64,000 nt of DNA from Acidobacteriaceae bacterium (lineage in GTDB: Bacteria > Acidobacteriota > Terriglobia > Terriglobales > Acidobacteriaceae), in assembly GCA_049671725.1 (NCBI GenBank), contig JBATVK010000153.1, positions 15,575-79,574 of the forward strand, read 5' to 3'. Numbering within the stretch: the stretch's first letter is position 1; the number at the start of each line of letters is the position of its first letter. Under the pieces are notes generated by a model that was not told where the DNA came from, made no database searches, and saw only the letters and a program-made list of their open reading frames with translations. Shown piece by piece: positions 1-8,255 of the stretch. The position numbers and the translations under genes are program-made.

Positions 1-17
1 CCCGCGGCCAGGGGCGC

Positions 18-1550
18 GTGACAAACTACTGGGGCCCGCGATCGTACTGGGCGCAGGCCGGCGACCACTATTTCTTTGTCCTGTACACCATGGTGGCCAT
101 GGGCCTGGTGGCCATTTTCGAGTGGGACCTGCTGTTCCCGGACCTGCTCGATGTATTCGTCCTCTCATCGCTGCCAGTGAGGGCCATCCGGCTGCTGCTG
201 GCGAGAGTCACGGCCATTCTTCTTCTGATTGCCGCGGGCATCTTCGCTTCGAGCTTTCTGCCACCCCTGGTCTTGCCGGCGGCCACGGACCCTCCGAACC
301 CTTTGCGATTTCTGGCTGCGCATTGCGTCGCCGTGGCGTGCAGCGGAATCTTCGGGGCGACGCTGATTCTGGCCGTCGAAGCCATCCTGCTTGCGTTTCT
401 GGGCGATCGCTGGTTCCAGCGCATCTCGTTATGGATCCAGGGACTCGCCGTGGTCGGTCTGCTGTCCTTCCTTTTCCTCTACCCGGTCGTCTTCGGCGCG
501 CTGCGGGGCCTCATCGTTTCCGGAAGCAGTCGCGTGTTGTGGTTCCCGCCGTTCTGGTTCCTGGGAATCTATCAACGCATCCTGGGCGGCCCGTCGGCGT
601 CGCCGATCTTCGCTGCCCTCGCGCGGATGGGACTCCTGGCTACAGCGATGACGGTGGTTCTCGCCGTGGCGCTTTATCCGCTGGCGTGGTGGAGGAGAAC
701 CGCAGGCCTGCTGGCTGGCGCGGCGACGCGCGAGCGCCCACGCCTGGCTTCCGTACCGGTCCATCATGCGGTGCACACCATCTTTGCCCGCGTGCCATGC
801 GGCCGCGCCGTCTGGCATTTTATCGGACAGAACCTGCTGCGCGTGCCTCGCTACCGCATCGTATTGGTCCTTTATGGAGGAGCCGGCCTGGCTCTGGTCC
901 TCGCATCGGCTCTGCGGATCGTCGTCGAACACGGCAGGATGCTGGCTGTCCTTTCGCCGGATGGCCTGCGTGCGATGGCCCCGATCGCAGCGTTCTGGAC
1001 CGTCTCCGGACTCCGCAGCACCTTTCTTGCGCCCGCCGATCAGGGTGGGCGCTGGGTCTTCCGCGTCATCCTGGGCCAACCGGGATGGCCTCCCATTCAG
1101 GCCGCCCGGCGATGGGTCCTGCTTTGGACAGCCTTACTGACGCTGAGTGCTGCGGTGTTTGCCTCGCTTGCGGAGTCTCAGCGCTCATGGAACTTCGCTG
1201 TGGTTCAGGGATTTGTGGCTGTTGCTCTGAGTTTCCTGCTCACCGACGCCTTCTCTCTGAATGTGAAGATCATTCCGTTTACCGGAGTGAACCCCGGTTC
1301 AGCGACGAATCTGGCGCTTCTCATGATTCCGTATCTGGGGTTCTTCCCCGCAATCGTTCTCTTCACCGTTGCCGCGGAACCGTGGCTGGAAGCGAGCCTC
1401 GGCCACATGGGGCTCGCAGCCGTCGCAGTTTTAGCCGCTCACGTGTGCCTGCTCCGAGTTCACAGGGCTCACATTACCGAGCAGCTGCAGCAAATCGAGG
1501 TCGATGAAGACCAGGAGGACTTTCCCCTCCGGCTGGGGCTGCGCTACTGA
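18..1550 (+). CDS. polytopic integral membrane protein, family not recognised; possibly 5'-truncated by the window edge
   Basis: 510-aa ORF with GC-rich third positions and roughly 10-12 long hydrophobic segments. The GTG at 18 is the first start, but the frame stays open back to base 3, so the true start may lie upstream of the window. Confidence 0.7.
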   Translation: MTNYWGPRSYWAQAGDHYFFVLYTMVAMGLVAIFEWDLLFPDLLDVFVLSSLPVRAIRLLLARVTAILLLIAAGIFASSFLPPLVLPAATDPPNPLRFLAAHCVAVACSGIFGATLILAVEAILLAFLGDRWFQRISLWIQGLAVVGLLSFLFLYPVVFGALRGLIVSGSSRVLWFPPFWFLGIYQRILGGPSASPIFAALARMGLLATAMTVVLAVALYPLAWWRRTAGLLAGAATRERPRLASVPVHHAVHTIFARVPCGRAVWHFIGQNLLRVPRYRIVLVLYGGAGLALVLASALRIVVEHGRMLAVLSPDGLRAMAPIAAFWTVSGLRSTFLAPADQGGRWVFRVILGQPGWPPIQAARRWVLLWTALLTLSAAVFASLAESQRSWNFAVVQGFVAVALSFLLTDAFSLNVKIIPFTGVNPGSATNLALLMIPYLGFFPAIVLFTVAAEPWLEASLGHMGLAAVAVLAAHVCLLRVHRAHITEQLQQIEVDEDQEDFPLRLGLRY

Positions 1551-1610
1551 GCGAATCCATCTCCCTGCACTTCGCCAAAAGCGGCTCCGCATCCCACACT
1601 CACCGTGTTA

Positions 1611-2657
1611 TCAGTCCAGTGCCGCTCCCGCAACCCGCAGCAGCACCTCGGCCTGGTAGTCCCAGGAGTTCACGCCCGATCCGTTGTACCGCCGCACCGC
1701 GTAGGCCCAGTCGCACAGCAGATTCGCGCGCACCGGCACGTTGGCGTAGCTCCCGGCGTGATATTGCGTCGCCGCATAGGTCTCGGCGCATCCCGCGTAG
1801 AACGGCGTCACTCCCGCAACGATATTCGTCTGTCCGGCAGAGCTCATGCACTGGGCGCAGTCGCTCATGCTGCGCGGATCGCCGGCCGGATACCGGCACG
1901 TCCGCAGCGGACCTGTACCCACTTCCGCGATGCGGTCATCGGCCCGCGTGTCGAGGGTGGCGCCATTCACGAAATGATTGAATTTGTAGCTCAGCTGCGA
2001 CACGGTCTGGCTCACGTTCCTGACCGGATCGGCAATCACCTCTGCGACCTCGGCCGCGGTAGGCGGATGGTGGAAGAGTGTGTATTGCCCGATGCCAAAG
2101 CCGCGAGAGGTGATCGCGAAGGGGTGTGCAGGGTCGTTCCGGTCGATCCCCGTCGTGATAAAGCTGTCGGTGTCTCCGGTTCCGGGAACGTGATAGTGCC
2201 GGCGGCCGCTCTCCTGTTCGAAGATCGCCATCAGGAACGGCACGGGAACCGGCGACGGTTGGAGCTGACCGATCGCCGCCAGCGCCGCCAGGTTGTCGCT
2301 CACCGGATCTGCAGAGGAGGGAACTTTGGGAAACGCCGCATCGGCGAGCATGGCCGCAATCGACGCAGCCGTCCCCTGATCCACAACTCCCGTCACGGAG
2401 GTGACTCGGCCGTTGTTATAGCTCTGGATGGAAACCGGAGCATTGCCGTCCGCGGCGCTGCTGGCGCCGTTGTTATTGAGCAGGTCGAACTGCAGAGCCT
2501 GGACCGCCTGCGTCGTTCCCGGGCCGTAGATCCCATCGAAAGGCCCCGTGCCATAGCCGAGGCAACGCAGGTCCCGCTGCAGTTCCTTGACCAGCGCAGA
2601 AAAGGCCGGGCCCGGAGAAAGCACCAGCCCCGCCTCCAGATAGCCCGGAGTGCTCAT
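1611..2657 (-). CDS. peptidoglycan-binding domain protein with a lytic-transglycosylase/lysozyme-like catalytic domain; no signal peptide seen
   Basis: The N-terminus has a PG_binding_1-like repeat (LQRDLRCLGYGTGPFDGIYGPGTTQAVQALQ). It is followed by SLT-type motifs: E-S (FEQESG), GLMQ-like (GIGQY) and AYNxG-like (RYNGSG). An SD (AAGGAGGG) lies 8 nt upstream of the ATG at 2657. Confidence 0.8.
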   Translation of the reverse strand: MSTPGYLEAGLVLSPGPAFSALVKELQRDLRCLGYGTGPFDGIYGPGTTQAVQALQFDLLNNNGASSAADGNAPVSIQSYNNGRVTSVTGVVDQGTAASIAAMLADAAFPKVPSSADPVSDNLAALAAIGQLQPSPVPVPFLMAIFEQESGRRHYHVPGTGDTDSFITTGIDRNDPAHPFAITSRGFGIGQYTLFHHPPTAAEVAEVIADPVRNVSQTVSQLSYKFNHFVNGATLDTRADDRIAEVGTGPLRTCRYPAGDPRSMSDCAQCMSSAGQTNIVAGVTPFYAGCAETYAATQYHAGSYANVPVRANLLCDWAYAVRRYNGSGVNSWDYQAEVLLRVAGAALD

Positions 2658-2825
2658 CGTGCGCGCCCTCCTTGTAGCACTGTCATGGGTTTGAGCAGAT
2701 ATGGAGCATCATCCTGCTCCAACCGGGCGCGATTTGCAAATGCCGGGGCCAAAAAGGCGCGACGCCGCTCCTGTGCCAGGAAACGGCGCCCAAACTCGAT
2801 ATCTAAACAGCTTGTTTTTAGTAAC

Positions 2826-3074
2826 TTACGAAGCCTTGCCCCGCAGCTCCTGCTCCGCCCGGAACCAGTCCACCTCCGGCTGCCCGTGCGGGTGACCCCG
2901 CTCCGCCCAGTACCGGTGCGCCAATTGCCGGATGTCATCGAGCGACACCGATCCGGACTGGGCCGGCATGGACCTCAGCTCCGCAGACGCGGCTTTGGGC
3001 TCCGCTGCCTGTTTCTTCGCCGCCGTCTTCCGCGGCGCTGCCGGTGCCTTTGCTTTCTTCACGTTCTCCGCCAT
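2826..3074 (-). CDS. DUF2934-family small basic protein
   Basis: The C-terminal motif IRQLAHRYWAERGHPHGQPEVDWFRAEQEL matches the DUF2934 signature. I chose the internal ATG at 3074 (MAENVKK...) because a GAGGAG SD precedes it. The ORF-track start at 3110 is also possible. Confidence 0.75.
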   Translation of the reverse strand: MAENVKKAKAPAAPRKTAAKKQAAEPKAASAELRSMPAQSGSVSLDDIRQLAHRYWAERGHPHGQPEVDWFRAEQELRGKAS

Positions 3075-3220
3075 ACCAATCTCCTCAGAGGGATTTGGGG
3101 CAACGTACACCCATCCTCTATAGAATACGGGACTCCTGGCAATCCCGGGAATCCCCCAGTACCCACCCCATCATCCCGCAGGGCTATCCCTATGAGCTGC
3201 AAGGATTTGGTTGGCCTGCC

Positions 3221-4639
3221 TCAGCCGGCGACCGCGCGGCACTCCGATTCCAGCAGGTCCAGCAACTGATCCATGTGTTCGCTCCGCGTGCGAAAGTTCA
3301 CCGGATTAATCCGGAACCACGTTCTGCCCTTCAGCTCCGTGGTTGAAATCCAGAATTTCCCGCTCTTCTCCACCCGCTCCACCACGCTCACATGGAGCTT
3401 CTTCGCATCGTCCGCGCTCAGTTCCGTGCCGCGCCAGCGAATGCAGATTGCCGACATGGGCGGCTCGCTCGCTGCCTCAAACTCCGGCCGCTGCGCCACC
3501 AGTTCATACAGGTGCCGCGCCTGGCGCACATTGTTGTCGATCCACTCCGCGATCTGCGCCGCTCCGTATCGCTTGAAGCTCATCCAGACCTTCAGGCTGC
3601 GAAAGCGCCGCGACTGCTCGAATCCGTGCACGTAATACTGATAGCGCTCGTTCGCACCCTCCATCTCGTCGGTCAGATACGAGGGCTTCATCCCGAACGA
3701 GGCCGTCAGCCGCCGCTCGTCTTTCACCAGCACCGCGCCCGCATCCAGCGGCGCGTAGAACCACTTGTGCGGATCGATGGTGATCGAATCCGCCAGCTCC
3801 AGCCCGCGGTCGCGCATGGGCCTCATCCGCGACAGCAGCATGCCTCCGCCATAGGCCGCATCCGCATGCAGCCACATCCCTTCGCGATCGGCAATCTTCC
3901 GCAGCTCGCGAATCGGATCCACCGCTCCGGTATTGGTCGTTCCGAAGATGCCCACGATGCACATCGGCCGGATCCCGCGCGCCTTGTCCTCGGCAATCGC
4001 TCGCTCCAGCGCATCGAGCCGGACTTCGAAGCGCGCATCCGTAGGCAGCGCCCGCAGTGCGTTGCGCCCCAGTCCGATCGCATCCACCGCCTTGTCGACC
4101 GAAACATGCCGTTCTTCCGACGCATACACCGCCCAGCGACCCTCCAGCCCGTCGTGCTGAGCGCGATCGCCCGAAGCCCAGTCGCGCGCCAGCTTCAGCC
4201 CCAGGAAGTTCGCCATCATGCCGCCGCTGGTCAGGTTTCCGCCCGCGCCCGGCCCATAACCGGCCATATTCGTCAGCCAGCGAACCGTTCGCCGCTCCAT
4301 GGCCACGGCCGCCGGGCCGATTGAATACGCGCCGATATTCTGGTTCAGCGCCGAGCACAGAAAATCCCCGATCACGCCCACCGGATTCGGTGACGGCGTA
4401 ATCAGTCCCATGTAGCCTGGATGTCCCACGTGCGTGCAGTAAGGAAGCAGCTTCTGCCGCACTTCGTCGAGCACCTCTTCCGCCGCCATCGGCGTCTCCG
4501 GCAGCGGTTCGTCAAAGAGCCGCGTCAGCACCTGCGGCTCCACATCCGGAAAGACAGGCTTCTCTTCAATCGTCTCGAAATACTCCGCGAGCAGGTCGAC
4601 GACCTCGTGGCCAAGCGTGCGAAATTCAGCGGTATCCAT
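3221..4639 (-). CDS. pyridoxal-phosphate-dependent group II amino-acid decarboxylase (aromatic-amino-acid/DABA decarboxylase family)
   Basis: 472 aa. The PLP-lysine motif is SITIDPHKWFYAPLDAGAVLV, and the overall fold-type-I layout fits. A GGAGG SD lies upstream of the ATG at 4639. Confidence 0.9.
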   Translation of the reverse strand: MDTAEFRTLGHEVVDLLAEYFETIEEKPVFPDVEPQVLTRLFDEPLPETPMAAEEVLDEVRQKLLPYCTHVGHPGYMGLITPSPNPVGVIGDFLCSALNQNIGAYSIGPAAVAMERRTVRWLTNMAGYGPGAGGNLTSGGMMANFLGLKLARDWASGDRAQHDGLEGRWAVYASEERHVSVDKAVDAIGLGRNALRALPTDARFEVRLDALERAIAEDKARGIRPMCIVGIFGTTNTGAVDPIRELRKIADREGMWLHADAAYGGGMLLSRMRPMRDRGLELADSITIDPHKWFYAPLDAGAVLVKDERRLTASFGMKPSYLTDEMEGANERYQYYVHGFEQSRRFRSLKVWMSFKRYGAAQIAEWIDNNVRQARHLYELVAQRPEFEAASEPPMSAICIRWRGTELSADDAKKLHVSVVERVEKSGKFWISTTELKGRTWFRINPVNFRTRSEHMDQLLDLLESECRAVAG

Positions 4640-4707
4640 ACCTCCGCAGTTTACGCAAACGAAAAGCGGGGCCGCAGCCCCGCTCTCGTTAGCTCGCGTG
4701 GCGCCGA

Positions 4708-5400
4708 TTACTCTGCGGCGCGCTCCACCGCGTGATTGATCGTATGAACGAACTCCCGCGCCGGACCCTGGGCCGGCATGTGCACCTGTCCGTTCAGGAT
4801 GGTGTTGAATGCGACCTCCTGTCCGTACAGCTCCTTCGTCGCCTTATGATCCTGGTTCAGCTCATCGCCGTTGAGCGTCGCGCCCACATAAGCGCCCTTG
4901 GCGCGCGCATAGGTGAGGATCGCGGCGCTGACACCAGCGGAGGCATCAGCATCGCGGCCCACCGGCCCGGCCGCGGCATTGACGCCGGCTCCGAGTTTGA
5001 AGTGCCCGGAGTTCAGCGCCTGCATGCCCTGGTCGTTCATGATCATCATCACGTAGCCCATCTCTTCGCCGCCGATCTGCGCGCCGAAGCTGGCTCCGGA
5101 AAGGTCAAACGGCGCCGGCGGGCTCCAGCGGCCCCTCGGGGTGCGGCAGGTAGCGACGCCCGCTCCATGCTGGGCGCCCACTACGAATCCGCCCTTCAGC
5201 AGCTTTGGGATCACGGCAATGCATTTTGCGTTCTTCAGCACGGCATCGGGGATGCCTGCCGTGGACTCGGGCCCGGTGAGTTCGTGGATGATGGTCGTGG
5301 ATTCGTTCAGCTCATTGTCGACCTTGTCCTGTGCGACGGCTACGGCGGAGGTTGCTACAGCAATCACTCCAATGGTGAATACGGCGAGCGACTTTCTCAT
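4708..5400 (-). CDS. secreted SYLF/Ysc84 (DUF500) lipid-binding domain protein
   Basis: Signal peptide MRKSLAVFTIGVIAVATSAVAVAQ. The SYLF-like core is IAVIPKLLKGGFVVGAQHGAGV...WSPPAPFDLSGASFGAQIGG...FKLGAGVNAAAGPVGR. An AAGGAG SD precedes the ATG at 5400. Confidence 0.8.
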   Translation of the reverse strand: MRKSLAVFTIGVIAVATSAVAVAQDKVDNELNESTTIIHELTGPESTAGIPDAVLKNAKCIAVIPKLLKGGFVVGAQHGAGVATCRTPRGRWSPPAPFDLSGASFGAQIGGEEMGYVMMIMNDQGMQALNSGHFKLGAGVNAAAGPVGRDADASAGVSAAILTYARAKGAYVGATLNGDELNQDHKATKELYGQEVAFNTILNGQVHMPAQGPAREFVHTINHAVERAAE

Positions 5401-5594
5401 AAGCTTGCTCCTTGTTGTAACTGGATTGGCGACCTGATAACAAAGCGTATGGATCGGCAAAATTGACCCCTGCGGACGCAAAGTCCTGCCCGCTGAATAG
5501 GATTGCCCGCCGCCAAATCGGGTTGTTCGGCTCGATTCCGCGCCCGCGCCACAAGTATAGTGCTGCCTATCCCTCTTTTCGAGGCAACCCGTTG

Positions 5595-8195
5595 ATGCCG
5601 CGTCCCGCCTATCGAGCTTTGTTCCTCGCGCTTCTCGCTATCGCCGCAACCGCACACGCCGCGGAGGTTCCTCAGGGCATTCCCCGCGCCCTGGCGCAGG
5701 AGCGCGCCGCCCGCGTCTCCGATCTGCACTATCGCCTCAGCTACCGTCTCGTGCCCAACGCGCCCAACACCGAAGCCACCGAGCAGATTCGCTTTCAGCT
5801 TCGCGACGACTCCGCTCCGCTCCTGCTCGATTTTGGCGACGGCCAGCTCGCATCCATCACGCTGAACGGCAGCGCCATCCCGGCCACGATCCAGAATGGC
5901 CACGTCGTTCTGCCTGTCTCGGCGCTACATGCCGGCGAGAACACCATCGAGGCGCACTTCACCGCAAACATCGGTTTCGCCGACAAGGCCATCACCCGCT
6001 ATGACGACCACGACGACGGCAGCGAATACCTCTACACGCTCTTCGTCCCCATGGACGCCAGCATGGCCTTCCCCTGCTTCGACCAGCCCGACCTCAAGGG
6101 CCGCTTCAGCCTTACCGTCACCGCTCCCGAAGCCTGGTCCGTGATCTCAAACACCGCGCCGGTGGTCGGCGTCGCGATGGGAGCCGCTCAGGTCAGCACC
6201 ACCACCTTCGCCGAAACCGAACCCCTGCCAACCTACCTCTTCGCCTTCGCCGCCGGTCCCTTCGTCAACGTGCATCCCACGCCCGGCCTGCCTAACGTCT
6301 GGGTGCGCCGTTCCCAGGCGGCAAAGGCGGAAGATGCCGTCCCCGCTGTACAGCACACCGCCGCGGACGGCATTCGCTTCCTGTCCAACTACTTTGCGCA
6401 GCCCTTTCCATTTCCGAAATACGAGATGGTGCTCATCCCTGGTTTCGCTTACGGCGGCATGGAGCACGCTGGCTGCACCTTCCTGCGCGAGGAGTCGGTG
6501 ATCTTCCGCTCCGCGCCCACCGCGGACAACCTGCTCGGCCGCCAGATCCTCGTGCTCCACGAGCTCACCCATCAGTGGTTCGGCGACTTCACCACCATGC
6601 GCTGGTTCGACGACCTTTGGCTCAAGGAAGGCTTCGCGCAGTACATGGCCTACAAGACGCTGGCCGCGCTGCGCCCCAACGACAGTATCTGGCAGCATTT
6701 CTACGAGTCGATCAAGCCCGCGGCCTACGCCATCGATGAAACGCGCGGCACCACTCCGATTTATCAGGACATTCCCAACCTCGATGACGCCAAATCCGCC
6801 TACGGGGCCATCGTCTATTCCAAAGCGCCTGGCGTGCTCAAGCAATTGAATTACGTTCTCGGCGACGAGGCATTCCGCCGCGGCCTGCAGATTTACCTCG
6901 CGCAGCATCCCTACGGCAATGCCACCTGGAGCGACCTCATCGCCGCGTTTGAATCAGCCTCCGGCCGCAACCTGACTAACTGGGCCGACATGTGGATCCG
7001 CCATCCCGGCATGCCGCGCGTGGATACCGCGTGGTCCTGCTCCGGCTCGCGGCTCGCAACGCTGAGCCTCACCCAAACCCCTGTTCTCGGCGGCAACGAT
7101 GTGTGGCCAATCGCCCTGCAAATTCTTCTTGCCTATCCTGACGGAACCTCCCGCACGTGGCGCATGGAGCTCAACACTCGCTCCGCAGCTCTCGACATTC
7201 CCCGCTTCAGTCCGCCCCCAGCCTGCCCCGCCTATGTCTTCGCGAACAACAACGATGAAGCCTATGGTCTCTTCCTGCTCGACGCCAGGAGCCGCGCCGC
7301 CGTGATGCAGCAGGTCGCCCACATGCCCGACCTCTTCCGCCGTACGCTGCTCTGGGGCTCGCTGTGGGATTCCGTGCGCGAGGTCGAGCTGGATCCCGCC
7401 GCCTATGCCAACCTTGCCCTGGACGCTCTGCCCGCGGAGCGCGATGAGTCGCTGGCCGCGTCGCTGCTTGCACACACGCAGACGGCAGCACACCGCTACG
7501 TAAGCACCTCATCGCAACACCAGCTGCTGATGCGCGGGGCCACGACGGCGATCGACCGCATGCTGCACGACCCGGATCACGATCTGCGCATCGTCTGGTT
7601 TCGCTCGCTCGCCGGCTTTGGCGCGCAGGGCGTGGGCCAGGCGGCGATGAAACAATTGCTGAGCGGAAATCTCACCGTGCCCGGGGTCGATCTACGCCAG
7701 CAGGACCGATGGTCGCTGGTCACCGCGCTCATCGCTTACGGCGATCCGCAGGCGAATGCCTTCTTTGCCGCGGAGCAGAAGACAGATTCTTCCGGCGATG
7801 GTCCAAAATTTGCTTACGTCGCTCAGGCCGCCGCTCCCGATGCTGCTGCCAAGCAGCACTACTTCAACGACTATCTGCACAACCCCCAGCGCTCCGAGGA
7901 CTGGATTCAGTCGAGCCTCGGCGCGTTCAATTACTGGAATCAATCCGAGCTCACGGCCCCGTATCTGCAGCCATCGCTGGCGGCGCTCGACCAGATCAAG
8001 CGCGAGCGCAAAATCTTTTTCCTGGTCGCGTGGCTCGACGCATTCATGGACGGCCAGCAGTCGCGCGCCTCGCTCGACGTGGTGCAGAACTATCTGGCGA
8101 CGGCGCATCCCGATCCCGACTTGCGCCTGAAGATCCTGCAGGCCATGGACGAGCTGGATCGCACTGTCCGTATTCGCGCAGCGTACGCGCGCTGA
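5595..8195 (+). CDS. secreted M1-family zinc aminopeptidase (aminopeptidase N-like)
   Basis: Exopeptidase motif GGMEH (a GAMEN variant), zinc motif HELTHQWFG, and the downstream glutamate in WLKEGFAQY. A signal peptide (MPRPAYRALFLALLAIAATAHA) starts at the internal ATG at 5595. Confidence 0.9.
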   Translation: MPRPAYRALFLALLAIAATAHAAEVPQGIPRALAQERAARVSDLHYRLSYRLVPNAPNTEATEQIRFQLRDDSAPLLLDFGDGQLASITLNGSAIPATIQNGHVVLPVSALHAGENTIEAHFTANIGFADKAITRYDDHDDGSEYLYTLFVPMDASMAFPCFDQPDLKGRFSLTVTAPEAWSVISNTAPVVGVAMGAAQVSTTTFAETEPLPTYLFAFAAGPFVNVHPTPGLPNVWVRRSQAAKAEDAVPAVQHTAADGIRFLSNYFAQPFPFPKYEMVLIPGFAYGGMEHAGCTFLREESVIFRSAPTADNLLGRQILVLHELTHQWFGDFTTMRWFDDLWLKEGFAQYMAYKTLAALRPNDSIWQHFYESIKPAAYAIDETRGTTPIYQDIPNLDDAKSAYGAIVYSKAPGVLKQLNYVLGDEAFRRGLQIYLAQHPYGNATWSDLIAAFESASGRNLTNWADMWIRHPGMPRVDTAWSCSGSRLATLSLTQTPVLGGNDVWPIALQILLAYPDGTSRTWRMELNTRSAALDIPRFSPPPACPAYVFANNNDEAYGLFLLDARSRAAVMQQVAHMPDLFRRTLLWGSLWDSVREVELDPAAYANLALDALPAERDESLAASLLAHTQTAAHRYVSTSSQHQLLMRGATTAIDRMLHDPDHDLRIVWFRSLAGFGAQGVGQAAMKQLLSGNLTVPGVDLRQQDRWSLVTALIAYGDPQANAFFAAEQKTDSSGDGPKFAYVAQAAAPDAAAKQHYFNDYLHNPQRSEDWIQSSLGAFNYWNQSELTAPYLQPSLAALDQIKRERKIFFLVAWLDAFMDGQQSRASLDVVQNYLATAHPDPDLRLKILQAMDELDRTVRIRAAYAR

Positions 8196-8255
8196 CCTTT
8201 GCCTGCATTCCGTTATGCTGGTAAAGCGATTTGTTTGAAGTGTGAGGAGGGCCCC

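Noticed and set aside
2751-2770. Small hairpin plus T5 on the minus strand downstream of the DUF2934 gene (possible terminator)
   Set aside because: The stem is only 4 bp with a 3-nt loop, which is too weak to call. The two genes may be co-transcribed.
1605-3269. 554-aa plus-strand ORF spanning three minus-strand genes
   Set aside because: It runs antisense across the muramidase-like, DUF2934 and decarboxylase 3' regions, including their intergenic spacers. Its sequence is Arg-rich and has no motifs. The opposite-strand genes have SDs and clear family signatures.
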